Assembly: GCA_035389185.1 (NCBI GenBank)
Contig: DAOORK010000001.1
Span: 631,415 to 695,414, forward strand
Length of the DNA: 64,000 nucleotides
Source of the DNA: Candidatus Woesebacteria bacterium
GTDB taxonomy: Bacteria > Patescibacteriota > Microgenomatia > UBA1400 > MFAQ01
Direction of reading: 5' to 3'
Shown: positions 48,516 through 58,679 of the stretch, in pieces
How the letters are laid out: each line of letters opens with the position of its first letter
How positions within the stretch are numbered: position 1 is the first letter of the stretch
Translations under genes and position numbers: made by a program
The notes under the pieces: model-generated
Seen by the model: only the letters and a program-made list of their open reading frames with translations
Database searches by the model: none
Told to the model about the DNA's origin: nothing

Positions 48516-48528
48516 GTTAGTATTAATT

Positions 48529-49158
48529 ATGGAATTTAGAAAAATTAAAGCAGTAACAATATTTGGTTTTGCGGATTGCCCACCGGAAAGCGCTTTGTAT
48601 CGAGAAGCGGTTGAAGTTTCAAGGTTATTGGCTGAGAATAAAGTGGAAATTGTGAATGGTGGCGGTCCAGGAGTGATGAAAGCGGCAACAGAAGGCGCTC
48701 ATGAGGGAGGCGGAACAGCAACAGTTGCGACTTTTTATCCAAAGTTTATTGAAAACTTTGAGGGAAAAGACCAACAAAACAAAGCTGACCGAGAAGTGAT
48801 TATGAATAATTATGTTGAGAGAACGATGAAACTGTTGGAGTTGGGAAATGCATATGTGATTTTTAATGGTGGAACAGGAACTTTGTCTGAGTTTGGTATG
48901 GCTTGGGGTTTGGCTTATCTTTATTTCGGACATCATAAACCCTTGATCCTTTATGGAGATTTTTGGTTTCCAATTATGGAGACCTTGGTAAAAAACATGA
49001 TGATCGGTACAAGACCCGGAGCGTTAAAGGTTTATAGAATTGCAACTACGCCGGAGATGGTTTTGCAGTATTTAAAAGAGTTTGACGAGTCTCAGGCCGA
49101 TCACGATAAAAGTTCTCTGCCAGATGACGGAAGCGGAGAGAAGGCATTTATTGATTGA
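48529..49158 (+). CDS. LOG/SMF-family (Rossmann) nucleotide phosphoribohydrolase
   Basis: GGGPGVM.A, GGTGTLSE. Confidence 0.85.
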   Translation: MEFRKIKAVTIFGFADCPPESALYREAVEVSRLLAENKVEIVNGGGPGVMKAATEGAHEGGGTATVATFYPKFIENFEGKDQQNKADREVIMNNYVERTMKLLELGNAYVIFNGGTGTLSEFGMAWGLAYLYFGHHKPLILYGDFWFPIMETLVKNMMIGTRPGALKVYRIATTPEMVLQYLKEFDESQADHDKSSLPDDGSGEKAFID

Positions 49159-49254
49159 GTTGTATTTGAGAGAAATATTTCGCTGAAGGAGCAAAATGGA
49201 CAGTTAGTTTTTTTTCATTTATACTGAAGTGGCGGTTAACAATTATCGTTAAAA

Positions 49255-49935
49255 ATGAAAAAGATATCTGTTTTGATAACCTTGGTTGGAATGATGGTGT
49301 TATTTGTTCCTGGAGTGTGGGCGAAAAATGAAACGGCAGGAAGCGGTAGCGTGGCTGGGCAAACTAACGCTGTGTCACCGGCAAAGACTGCTGTGGTGAT
49401 GAATCAGAATCAGGTAAAAACACAAAATGCGGGTGATGAGTCTCAGTTGATGATCCAGACTTCTGAGCAGGAAGAGGCACTTGAGGGAACAAAAAGTGCT
49501 GCACCAAGAAGCGTGATGGCTTTGGAACACATGAGTTTGGTGGCTAAAGGAGTGGAGGAAATATTGACGACTAAAACACTGAAGGGGGGAATCGGAGACC
49601 AGGTACGAGTTTTGGCACAAGAGCAAAAACAGAGTCAAGATCAGATGCGACTACAAGTGGACAAGGTGGCCAGTAGAAGCGGTTTATTGAAATCTTTGAT
49701 CGGACCAGACTATCGAGGAATGAAGAGTATTGAGAGTTTGATGGCCCAGAATGAATTAAGAATTCAAAGATTGACGGAGTTAATGAATCAATTAACTAAT
49801 TCCGGAGATAAAACGATGGTAAAAGAAATGATTGAGACCCTGGTTCAACAGAATACAAGCTTGCAGACAATGATCAATGAAGAGAGTGTTGATGGAAGTT
49901 TGTTTGGCTGGCTGGTGAAATTATTTATTAAATAA
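49255..49935 (+). CDS. Secreted coiled-coil hypothetical protein
   Basis: Signal peptide, GGIGDQVR.LAQEQ, LFGWL end. Confidence 0.7.
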   Translation: MKKISVLITLVGMMVLFVPGVWAKNETAGSGSVAGQTNAVSPAKTAVVMNQNQVKTQNAGDESQLMIQTSEQEEALEGTKSAAPRSVMALEHMSLVAKGVEEILTTKTLKGGIGDQVRVLAQEQKQSQDQMRLQVDKVASRSGLLKSLIGPDYRGMKSIESLMAQNELRIQRLTELMNQLTNSGDKTMVKEMIETLVQQNTSLQTMINEESVDGSLFGWLVKLFIK

Positions 49936-49940
49936 ATAAT

Positions 49941-50543
49941 ATGAAAAAGGGAAAAAATATTGCGAACAAACTTGGTTTTTGGCCACTGTTGGTGGGTATA
50001 CTGGCGGTATTACTTTTTGGTATGGCCACGGTTTATGGAAGACAGGTAAGACAAGGATGGATGAATAGCAAGACAACAGTGACTCGGGGAAATTGTTTGG
50101 CCGATGAGTGTTTGTTGGTGGAAAACTTGGAGTATCCTGTGGGTGAGTTGTCTACTGCGGCAAAAACAGCGTTAAATGAGGCTATAAATGATGAATACAA
50201 GGCATTGGCTGTTTATCAAAAGATAACAGCTAAATTGGGAACGGTGAGGCCGTTTTCGATCATAAAAGGAGCAGAGGAACAACACATTGCTTCGTTGACA
50301 TCTTTATTCTCCAAATATGGACTTGCAGTGCCCCAAAACACTTGGACAAATAAAGTTACCTCTCCAAACACTCTGAAAGAAGCTTGCCAAGCTGGAGTTG
50401 ATGCAGAGGTTGCCAATGCAAGTTTGTATAAAGAAAAACTACTACCTGCTGTGAGTGATTATGAAGACATTACTTTGGTATTCACGAATTTGATGAATGC
50501 GTCAAAGGAAAAACATCTGCCGGCGTTTGAGAAGTGCAATTGA
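49941..50543 (+). CDS. Ferritin-like (DUF2202-type) protein with N-terminal TM
   Basis: DEYKA..Y, AEEQH, AE..NA.LY and S..KHL motifs. Confidence 0.8.
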   Translation: MKKGKNIANKLGFWPLLVGILAVLLFGMATVYGRQVRQGWMNSKTTVTRGNCLADECLLVENLEYPVGELSTAAKTALNEAINDEYKALAVYQKITAKLGTVRPFSIIKGAEEQHIASLTSLFSKYGLAVPQNTWTNKVTSPNTLKEACQAGVDAEVANASLYKEKLLPAVSDYEDITLVFTNLMNASKEKHLPAFEKCN

Positions 50544-50569
50544 AGTTTGGGCTACTGTAGAATGAAAGT

Positions 50570-51403
50570 ATGGTAGATTTGGCAGAAAAAGCCAGAGAAA
50601 TTCGGGTGGAAATAATTAGGATGTTGAGGAAAGCTGAGTCAGGGCACTCGGCTGGAGCTTTGGGAGCGGCTGATCTTTTTGCCTGTTTGTATTTTGGAGA
50701 GTTACTTAATTTTAGATGCAAAGAACCGTACTGGGAAGAAAGAGACAGATTGGTTCTTTCATGCGGACATTATGCCCCAGTATGGTACGCTAGTTTGGCT
50801 TTAGCAGGATTTTTTCCCATGGAAGAATTAATGACACTGAGAAAACTTGGGTCGAGGTTGCAGGGACATCCGGTGAGAGTTGCCAGTACCTCTTATACGG
50901 CACACAAACAGTTACCTGGAGTGGAGAATACTGGTGGTCCTTTGGGGCAAGGTGTAAGCATTGCGGTGGGGATGGCTTTGGCGGCAAAAAGAGATAAAAA
51001 GAAGTGGAAAACGGTATGTATATGTTCGGATGCAGAACAACAAGAAGGGCAGACTTGGGAGGCATATCAGACTGCGAGTAAATATGACTTAGGCAACTTG
51101 TGGTTTGTGATTGATCGAAACGAGATACAAATTAGTGGAAATGTACACGAGGTAATGCCGATTGAGCCCTTGGTAGAAAAATTAAAGGCATTTGGGCTTA
51201 GAGTCATAGAAGTGGATGGAAATGATATTGATCAGATAATAATGGCCTTTGAAAAAGGAAAGTTGTTTCCTGATGAGCCGAAAGTAATTGTGATGAGAAC
51301 TGTGGCTGGGAAGGGTGTGAGTTTTATGGAGAGAGATTTTCGTTGGCATGGAAAAGCACCGACAGATGAAGAAAGTGAAAAAGCATTATGGGAATTGAAA
51401 TAG
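50570..51403 (+). CDS. Transketolase, N-terminal subunit
   Basis: SGH, RDRLVLSCGH, LQGHP, GPLGQG and WHGKAP motifs. Confidence 0.93.
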   Translation: MVDLAEKAREIRVEIIRMLRKAESGHSAGALGAADLFACLYFGELLNFRCKEPYWEERDRLVLSCGHYAPVWYASLALAGFFPMEELMTLRKLGSRLQGHPVRVASTSYTAHKQLPGVENTGGPLGQGVSIAVGMALAAKRDKKKWKTVCICSDAEQQEGQTWEAYQTASKYDLGNLWFVIDRNEIQISGNVHEVMPIEPLVEKLKAFGLRVIEVDGNDIDQIIMAFEKGKLFPDEPKVIVMRTVAGKGVSFMERDFRWHGKAPTDEESEKALWELK

Positions 51404-51404
51404 T

Positions 51405-52364
51405 ATGAATATAGTAAATGACTTGATAAATATTGAACGAAAAGCAACCAGAGAAGGTTTTGGTGAGGCGATGTTGGAACTGGGAAAAAGAAACAAAAAG
51501 GTGATGGTGGTGACGGCCGATTTGGGGGAAAGTATGAAAGTGGATGAGTTTGAAAGAAATTATCCGGAACAGTTTGTGCAGGTAGGAGTAGCTGAACAGA
51601 ATATGATGGGGGTAGCGGCGGGCCTTTCTTTGTCGGGGAAGGTTCCTTTTGCGGTTTCCTATGCAGTTTTTAACCCGGGAAGAAATTGGGATCAACTGCG
51701 GGTATCGGTATGTTATACGGGAGCAAATGTAAAAATAGTCGGTGGACATGCAGGAATTACGGTAGGTCCGGATGGGGCGACACACCAGGCCTTAGAAGAT
51801 ATTGCCATAACTAGGGTTTTGCCGAACCTAATGGTCGTAGTGCCGGCTGATTTTGAACAAACAAAAAAAGCAACTTTGGCGATAGCAGCACATAATGGTC
51901 CGGTTTATTTGAGATTAACAAGACCAAAGACAGCCTGTTTTACGACAGCGACCACACCATTCCAGTTAGGGAAAGCACAGGTATTGAGAGAGGGGAAAGA
52001 TATTTCAATTTTTGCCTGTGGCAGTCTTGTTTATGAGGCTTTGCTGGCGGCAGAGGAATTAAAAGACGAGATAAATATTGAGGTGGTGAATGTACATACT
52101 ATTAAGCCGATTGATGAAGACACCTTGGTGAAAAGTGCAAAAAAAACAGGAAGAGTAATTACCCTGGAGGATCATCAGGTTAGCGGTGGATTGGGAGGAG
52201 CTGTGGCTGAAGTGTTGGGGGAAAAGTGCCCCACAAAAATGATTAGAATGGGAATGAGAGATGCTTTTGGTGAAAGTGGAGAGCCAGGCGAACTGTTGAC
52301 AAAGTATGGACTAGATAAAGAAGGTGTTATTAAAACAATCATAGAAATAATAAAAAATGGTTGA
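51405..52364 (+). CDS. Transketolase, C-terminal subunit
   Basis: GVAEQNM, DGATHQ, TIKPID and GGLG motifs. Confidence 0.93.
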   Translation: MNIVNDLINIERKATREGFGEAMLELGKRNKKVMVVTADLGESMKVDEFERNYPEQFVQVGVAEQNMMGVAAGLSLSGKVPFAVSYAVFNPGRNWDQLRVSVCYTGANVKIVGGHAGITVGPDGATHQALEDIAITRVLPNLMVVVPADFEQTKKATLAIAAHNGPVYLRLTRPKTACFTTATTPFQLGKAQVLREGKDISIFACGSLVYEALLAAEELKDEINIEVVNVHTIKPIDEDTLVKSAKKTGRVITLEDHQVSGGLGGAVAEVLGEKCPTKMIRMGMRDAFGESGEPGELLTKYGLDKEGVIKTIIEIIKNG

Positions 52365-53106
52365 TACTTCTCGAATAGAAATAAATGGCAAGGTGATGCT
52401 TTTGGCATACGATCAAGGGTTTGAACATGGACCGGTAGACTTCGATGAGAAATCCGTTGACCCAAACTATATTATGAAGATTGCTCAGAATGGCAATTTT
52501 ACCGGGGTTGTTTTTCAAGAAGGAATTGCGGCGAGGTATTACAAAAAAGAATCGGGAATTCCGTTAATTGTGAAATTAAATGGTAAGACATCTTTCCAAG
52601 GAGAAGAGCCATTGTCTTTACAGCTTTGTTCGGTGAAAAAGGCCGCTGAGATGGGGGCTATCGGGGTGGGTTACACCATTTATGTGGGGAGTGAGTTTGA
52701 AGAACAGATGCTAGTGGAGTTTTCGAAGATCGAAGACGAAGCCCATGAACTAGGAATGATTGTGATTGCTTGGATGTATCCGCGCGGAAAAAAAGTTTCC
52801 GGAAGAGAGACCGATAGGGATGTGGTAGCCTATGGAGCTAGATTGGGATTAGAGCTTAATGCGGATTATGTGAAGGTCCCGTATACCGGTGACCCGGAGA
52901 GTTTTAACTGGGTTGTAAGGGCGGCAGGAAGAACCGGAGTATTGGCTCAAGGAGGGAAGAAGATAGACTGGGAAAACTTGGAAGAAGAAATCAGTGGAGT
53001 AATGAAAGCCGGATCCGCCGGAATTGCAATTGGAAGAAATATCTGGCAGAACGAAAACCCAGATGAAGTGTCAAAAAAAATTGCGGAGATTGTCTACGGT
53101 TCTTAG
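52357..53106 (+). CDS. Class I fructose-bisphosphate aldolase (DhnA/archaeal type)
   Basis: AYDQGFEHGP, WMYPRG, YVKVPY (Schiff-base Lys), GRNIWQ. Confidence 0.9.
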   Translation: MVDTSRIEINGKVMLLAYDQGFEHGPVDFDEKSVDPNYIMKIAQNGNFTGVVFQEGIAARYYKKESGIPLIVKLNGKTSFQGEEPLSLQLCSVKKAAEMGAIGVGYTIYVGSEFEEQMLVEFSKIEDEAHELGMIVIAWMYPRGKKVSGRETDRDVVAYGARLGLELNADYVKVPYTGDPESFNWVVRAAGRTGVLAQGGKKIDWENLEEEISGVMKAGSAGIAIGRNIWQNENPDEVSKKIAEIVYGS

Positions 53107-53912
53107 CGGGATTTCCTTAAATACCTGAAGGAAAAAAATGTTTTAATATTTTTTTTGAAGTTTATGCGGAAGCCACCATTTTTAAGCCTTTTGAAAACAA
53201 GAATCAAACTTAGACCTGCAAGCAATGCAAAAGAGAGGAACATGGGTAGAAGAAGTTGGTATTCGGAAAAACCGATGTCGAATTTCTGGATTGTATAAAG
53301 AAGCAGAGAAAAAGCAACCCAGATGATACCAAAGACCAGCTTGAGATCACCCCAACGCCCACGATAGTTTTCAGAAGAGGCGCGAGTGTAGTAATAGATA
53401 AAGATTGCAAAACTGATACCGAGGAGAATGCCACGAAAGACACCCAGACTGATACTTGTTGGCAGATTATCCGGAATATGATTGATTTCCAGAAGAGTAA
53501 TTGCCAGAGCAGAGATAATAACTCCTGAGTAAATGAGATTGTGGGAGAATTTAAGATGGAAAAATCGATTTATTTCGGCAATTTCGCTATCTTTCTCTTT
53601 GAGAAAATCGGAGAACATTTTTGTAACAGCATGAATAGCTATACCGCCGTAAGAGTACATCATACAAAGAAGAATAATACTGACGAGAAGACCATCAGAG
53701 AAAAAAGTTGAGCTGCTTTTGGGTAAGCGAAGGGTAGACTGAAGATAAGAAAAGATCATCGGAAAGACTAGTCCGGGGATGAGGACTAAGTAGATAAGCT
53801 GTTGGATAGAGAGGTGCCAGATTTTTTTGGTGTGGAATGTTTGGATTCTGTAGATTAAAAGAAGAATTATAAAGATGACACCAAGGACGGTAGTAAGAGC
53901 TGAACTGTGCAT
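53103..53912 (-). CDS. Polytopic membrane protein (start uncertain)
   Basis: About 7 TM segments. Confidence 0.65.
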   Translation of the reverse strand: MHSSALTTVLGVIFIILLLIYRIQTFHTKKIWHLSIQQLIYLVLIPGLVFPMIFSYLQSTLRLPKSSSTFFSDGLLVSIILLCMMYSYGGIAIHAVTKMFSDFLKEKDSEIAEINRFFHLKFSHNLIYSGVIISALAITLLEINHIPDNLPTSISLGVFRGILLGISFAIFIYYYTRASSENYRGRWGDLKLVFGIIWVAFSLLLYTIQKFDIGFSEYQLLLPMFLSFALLAGLSLILVFKRLKNGGFRINFKKNIKTFFSFRYLRKSR

Positions 53913-53963
53913 GACAAGACGAATTATAACAAAGGCCGACAATCTTTAGTTTAGAATGGATGT

Positions 53964-54959
53964 ATGAAGAAGGTAATTGTTGTCGGGGCAGCTGTTATTG
54001 ATGTGCTCTTGAAGTCAAAAGATTTGCATGTATTAAAAAGTCATCAAATAGAGGGAGGAATGGCGATGTGTGAAGTGTTGGGAGGAAAGATCGAAGCAGA
54101 GGAAGGAGTTCTAGCCACAGGAGGGGGAGGTACAAATGTGGCCGTAGGTTTACACCGTTTGGGTGAAGCGGTTAAAGTTATCAGCAGAGTAGGAGACGAT
54201 GAGTTAAGTGGGGTGTTGATTGGTCAGTTGGAAGGTGAAGGAGTTGATTTGACAATGCTACAAAGAGCCAAGGGAAAGACAGGTTTTTCGGCGGTATTGG
54301 TGGCTCAAGATGGGGGACGTTCAATTATTACTTACAGAGGTGAGAGCGGAGAGATTGAAAAAAATGAGATTGATTGGCAGACTTTATCGACTGCCGATTG
54401 GCTGCAAATTTCTAGCTTGGGCGGAAAGATAGATTTGCTGGAGGATTTAGTGGCTTTTGCTCTAAATAAAGGGATAAGAATAGGAGTGAATCCGGGAAGG
54501 AAAGAATTACAAGAAAGAGAGCGAATAATAAAATTGTTGCCTAAAGTGGATTTGTTTAATGTGAATAGAATGGAAGCGGCGGAGTTGTGGGGAGCTGAAT
54601 TTGATAATGAAAAAGAAATAATGAAAAAATTTGTCGAAGCTGGTTGCCGACTGGCTGTAGTAACAGACGGGAAAAGAGGCGTGAGCGCTTATGAAAGAGG
54701 TAGGTGGATCAAAATGGAAGCTTTTCCAAACAAGTCAGTTGACGATACCGGTGCAGGGGATGCGTTTGCCTCGGGGGTGGTAACGGGGTTGTTACAAGGA
54801 AGGAAAATTGAGGAAGTACTTAAGATGGGCTTGGCAAATGGAGGATCGGTGGTGACAAAGTTGGGAGCGAAGGCAGGATTACTGCGGACAAAGGAGATGG
54901 AAAAATGGATGAAGAGGAGACTAAAAACGGTTGAAGAGAGCTTGCGTGTGGTTAAATGA
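53964..54959 (+). CDS. PfkB-family carbohydrate kinase
   Basis: GGGGTNVA, N..EA and DDTGAGDAF motifs. Confidence 0.92.
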   Translation: MKKVIVVGAAVIDVLLKSKDLHVLKSHQIEGGMAMCEVLGGKIEAEEGVLATGGGGTNVAVGLHRLGEAVKVISRVGDDELSGVLIGQLEGEGVDLTMLQRAKGKTGFSAVLVAQDGGRSIITYRGESGEIEKNEIDWQTLSTADWLQISSLGGKIDLLEDLVAFALNKGIRIGVNPGRKELQERERIIKLLPKVDLFNVNRMEAAELWGAEFDNEKEIMKKFVEAGCRLAVVTDGKRGVSAYERGRWIKMEAFPNKSVDDTGAGDAFASGVVTGLLQGRKIEEVLKMGLANGGSVVTKLGAKAGLLRTKEMEKWMKRRLKTVEESLRVVK

Positions 54960-54963
54960 AGGT

Positions 54964-55938
54964 ATGGGGAAGAAGATTTTTGTAACACATATCTTTTTGG
55001 ATAGGTATTTGAAAGAGTTAAAAGAAAAGTATGATGTGGTGGTATGGCCAAAAAAAGACATCAGCCGTGAAGATCTGTTAAGACAGGTAAAGGGAGTCTC
55101 GGGAATAGTGTCTTTATTAACGGAGAAAATCGATGGAGAAGTAATGGATGCGTCAGGAACGGAACTTGAGGTTGTAAGCAATTATGGCGTAGGTTTTGAC
55201 AATATTGATTTACAGGAGGCGACAAAAAGAGGAATCTGTGTGACAAATACGCCTGGAGTCTTGACCGAGTCAGTAGCCGAAGAAGCAATTGCTTTGATGC
55301 TGGCCGTTTTGAGAAGAATTGTTGAGGGTGATAGATTTGTGAGAACAGGTAAATATAAAGGTTGGGAACCAGATTTATTGTTGGGAACTGGGCTCAAAGA
55401 CAAAGAACTGGGAATTGTGGGTTTGGGCAGAATAGGCAGATGGACAGCGAGAATGGCCAGCGCCTTGGGTATGAAGATAATTTATTACAATCGTCATCGT
55501 GATGAAGAGTTTGAAGAGGAGTATGGTGTGACCTACCACACACTTGATCAATTACTGGAACAAGCAGATGTGGTTAGTTTGTCAGTACCTTTGACAGAGG
55601 AGACAAGACATATGATTGGAGAGAGGGAATTAAAAATGATGAAACCGACAGCAGTGCTGATAAATACGGCAAGGGGAGCAGTGGTGCATCAGGAGGCTTT
55701 GATAGAAGCTTTAAAAGAAAAGTGGATTGCCGGTGCGGGGCTGGATGTTTTTGAAGATGAATCGAGTATTCCAGAGTCATTAAGATCATTACCTAATACC
55801 GTACTGACACCACATATTGCTTCATCAACTGTTGAAGCAAGACTAGCGATGGCAAGGATTGTAGTAGAAAATATGAATGCAGGTTTGGAAGGCAGACAAC
55901 CAACTTGCTTGGTAAATACTGATGTCTGGAAAAAATAA
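54964..55938 (+). CDS. D-glycerate dehydrogenase / glyoxylate reductase family
   Basis: GVGFDNID, GLGRIG, INTARG, LDVFE and PHIAS motifs. Confidence 0.92.
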   Translation: MGKKIFVTHIFLDRYLKELKEKYDVVVWPKKDISREDLLRQVKGVSGIVSLLTEKIDGEVMDASGTELEVVSNYGVGFDNIDLQEATKRGICVTNTPGVLTESVAEEAIALMLAVLRRIVEGDRFVRTGKYKGWEPDLLLGTGLKDKELGIVGLGRIGRWTARMASALGMKIIYYNRHRDEEFEEEYGVTYHTLDQLLEQADVVSLSVPLTEETRHMIGERELKMMKPTAVLINTARGAVVHQEALIEALKEKWIAGAGLDVFEDESSIPESLRSLPNTVLTPHIASSTVEARLAMARIVVENMNAGLEGRQPTCLVNTDVWKK

Positions 55939-55939
55939 T

Positions 55940-56254
55940 ATGAAAAATATTGAAGACGAAGAGAAAGACATTGAGATTCCCAGTGATGAGGATGAAAATG
56001 TTGGCGAGGATGGGTTAATAAAGAAAAAACATAAGAGGAAAAAGACAAAAGAGGAAAAGATAGCTGAGAGAAAGACTATTTTTTGGACTTTGTTGATTAT
56101 TTTGGTGGCAACCTTAATTTTTTGGTTGTTACCGATAATAAAGGGAACTAACAAGAAAAGTAGTGTTCCGGAATCACAGGCAAAAACTGAAGAGAAAAAA
56201 AATAGCCCAAGCGAAAAGAGCGAGCGTAAAAATTACGTGGAGATTACTCTTTAA
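55940..56254 (+). CDS. Small single-TM hypothetical protein
   Basis: Charged N-terminus, one TM. Confidence 0.55.
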   Translation: MKNIEDEEKDIEIPSDEDENVGEDGLIKKKHKRKKTKEEKIAERKTIFWTLLIILVATLIFWLLPIIKGTNKKSSVPESQAKTEEKKNSPSEKSERKNYVEITL

Positions 56255-58608
56255 AGGACTTGGGGTGTTGGGGATACGGTGATGGGGGTTGGGTTTAATA
56301 TCTCCTTAATTTTTTCCGGGTCGCAGTGCGTTTTTGGTTCAGTACCCTTGACAAAGTATTCATATTTTGTTGGACAGCCTTCACAGGGCAGTGTTCCAGT
56401 GAGAGTGCAAATGCCTATTTTGATAAGTTCTTGCGGAGTAGCTGATGAGGATGATGTGGGGTTTTCGATGAGAATAGTGTTGACTATTTTTGCCCAGATT
56501 GAAGAAGCCCCGGTAATACCTGACGCAATATGAGACATGGGTGAGTTATCGTTGTTGCCAACCCAGGTGGCAACCAAGAAATCGGTGGTGTAGCCAAAGG
56601 TCCAGTTGTCTCGAAGATCATTGCTAGTACCAGTTTTGACGGCGACTTTGGCCTTTTTGATATTAAGAATGGAGTTATAACCAAATGCCGGAGCTCGAGC
56701 AGTGTTGTCGCTTAAGATATCGGTAATAAGATAGGCAGTGGTTGGAGAGATGATTTGCTGTGGTGAACAGGTGTCTTCCTCTCTGGCAATAGCAGGTGTA
56801 TTAACTGAGGCGGTATCTAACTGCTGATCGCAACCAGAAACATATAATGATTTACCGTTGGATTTTTTTACATCAAGTATGGCTGTGAGAGGAGTAGATG
56901 TTCCTGAGTTTGCGAAAGTTGAGTAAACTGCGGCCATATCAGTCATGCGAACTTCCAAACTACCAAGCGCCATGGAAAGTCCAAAACGACTGGTGTCTGT
57001 CCAAGTGGTAATACCCATTTTGGTGGCTAGATTGGCCATGTTTTGAACACCGTTTTTTGAAAGCAGAATAACCGAGGGAATATTGTAGGAACTTCCAAGA
57101 GCTTGTCTTAAGGTGACAAAGCCATGGAATTTGCCGTCGTAATTTTTAGGTGTCCAAGGTTCTTGCCCCGGAAGATTAAAGGAAAGAGGTTTATCCTCAA
57201 CAACGCTGCCCGGTCCGTAACCATTTTCAAAGGCGAGAGAATAGTTTACAGGTTTTATTGAACTACCAGGTTGACGAAGGGCAAGGGTAAGATTTACCTG
57301 TCCACCCTCATTGAGATTGAAATAATCTTTTGAACCAACCATGGCGAGAATTTCCCCTGTTTGGGGTGAGGTAACGAGGGCGGCACCGTTGGTGACGTGA
57401 TATGACTGAAGAGAGTTAATTTCGTCAGTGACTATTCCTTGAACTTCTTCTTGAAGGTCAAGATCGAGAGTGGTGGTGACAATTAGACCTCCGTGATTAA
57501 CAACACCTTCACCAAGTTGTTTGGTAAGTATGTTTTTAACGTACATTACAAAGTGAGGAGCTTTTATTTCGGTTTTGGCAGAATTAAAAACTAGCTTTTG
57601 ATTGATGGCTTGTTGATACTCTTCCTCAGAAATAAAACGAGCCTTAATCATTTGATCCAGTACAAATTTTTGACGTGAAGAAGCCAGTTCTGGTTGGTTT
57701 CCAAAGGGAGAGTATTTGCTTGGTGCTTGGGGGAGACCAGCTAAAAAAGCGGCTTGAGAAAGGTCGAGGTCTTTGGCGTCAATATTAAAGTACTGTCTGG
57801 AAGCCTCTTGGATACCGTATGCTGTACCCCCAAAGCCAACTTGATTGAGATACATTTCAAATATTTGATCCTTGGTGTAAGTGAATTCAACTTCAACGGC
57901 AAGAATAAGCTCTTTTATTTTTCTGATGATTGTTTTTTCGTTGGTAAGAAGGGTGTTTTTTACGAGTTGCTGAGTGATGGTAGATCCACCCTCGTTTTTA
58001 TCATTGAAAATATTTTTATAGATGGCTCGAAGAACTCCGGTAATAGAAAATCCTTTGTGCCGATAGAAATCTCGATCTTCTGCGGCTAAGAAAGCATTTT
58101 TTACCTGTTGAGGAAGAGAATCCAAAGCAATAAGGGTGCGGTTTTCGTCTTCATAAACTTTGTAAAGAAGTTTTCCATTTCGATCTAAAATTTGAGTGGT
58201 CAATTTTGAGGGATATTGGTGGAGAGTTTTGGGACTGGGAAGATCATAGAAGAACTCAAGATAGAGAAAAGAAACAATCGCGATAACCCCAAGGGAGAGA
58301 AAGATGAACTGTCGAAGATACGAATGAGACAAGAAATCTTTTCTTTGACGTTGGGGATAGAGCCTTCGAAGATGAGATAAATGAAATGACGATTTTTGGA
58401 TGCGAATTTGAGGAAGACGTATCTTTGGGAGTTTAATTCGGGGCAAGTTGATTTTGGGGATACGAGGTAGAGGACGAGAAAATATTTTGCTGAAGAAAAA
58501 TGCAATATAACTGAAACCGAGAATTAGCCAGAGAAAAAATTTATAGACAGGAAGTCCAAGATAATATAAAAAATTCTTTGATTGATTAAAGTCTTTCTTC
58601 TTTGCCAT
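56251..58608 (-). CDS. Class A penicillin-binding protein (transglycosylase/transpeptidase)
   Basis: EDRDF, GGSTITQQL, RKIKE; SSIK, SYN and KTGT motifs. Confidence 0.95.
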   Translation of the reverse strand: MAKKKDFNQSKNFLYYLGLPVYKFFLWLILGFSYIAFFFSKIFSRPLPRIPKINLPRIKLPKIRLPQIRIQKSSFHLSHLRRLYPQRQRKDFLSHSYLRQFIFLSLGVIAIVSFLYLEFFYDLPSPKTLHQYPSKLTTQILDRNGKLLYKVYEDENRTLIALDSLPQQVKNAFLAAEDRDFYRHKGFSITGVLRAIYKNIFNDKNEGGSTITQQLVKNTLLTNEKTIIRKIKELILAVEVEFTYTKDQIFEMYLNQVGFGGTAYGIQEASRQYFNIDAKDLDLSQAAFLAGLPQAPSKYSPFGNQPELASSRQKFVLDQMIKARFISEEEYQQAINQKLVFNSAKTEIKAPHFVMYVKNILTKQLGEGVVNHGGLIVTTTLDLDLQEEVQGIVTDEINSLQSYHVTNGAALVTSPQTGEILAMVGSKDYFNLNEGGQVNLTLALRQPGSSIKPVNYSLAFENGYGPGSVVEDKPLSFNLPGQEPWTPKNYDGKFHGFVTLRQALGSSYNIPSVILLSKNGVQNMANLATKMGITTWTDTSRFGLSMALGSLEVRMTDMAAVYSTFANSGTSTPLTAILDVKKSNGKSLYVSGCDQQLDTASVNTPAIAREEDTCSPQQIISPTTAYLITDILSDNTARAPAFGYNSILNIKKAKVAVKTGTSNDLRDNWTFGYTTDFLVATWVGNNDNSPMSHIASGITGASSIWAKIVNTILIENPTSSSSATPQELIKIGICTLTGTLPCEGCPTKYEYFVKGTEPKTHCDPEKIKEILNPTPITVSPTPQVL

Positions 58609-58679
58609 GATTGGGCGATAGGGTTCAAAGGGCAGGTCTGTACAACTGAGACTATTTTAAATGGACAGCGGGGAAAAGA

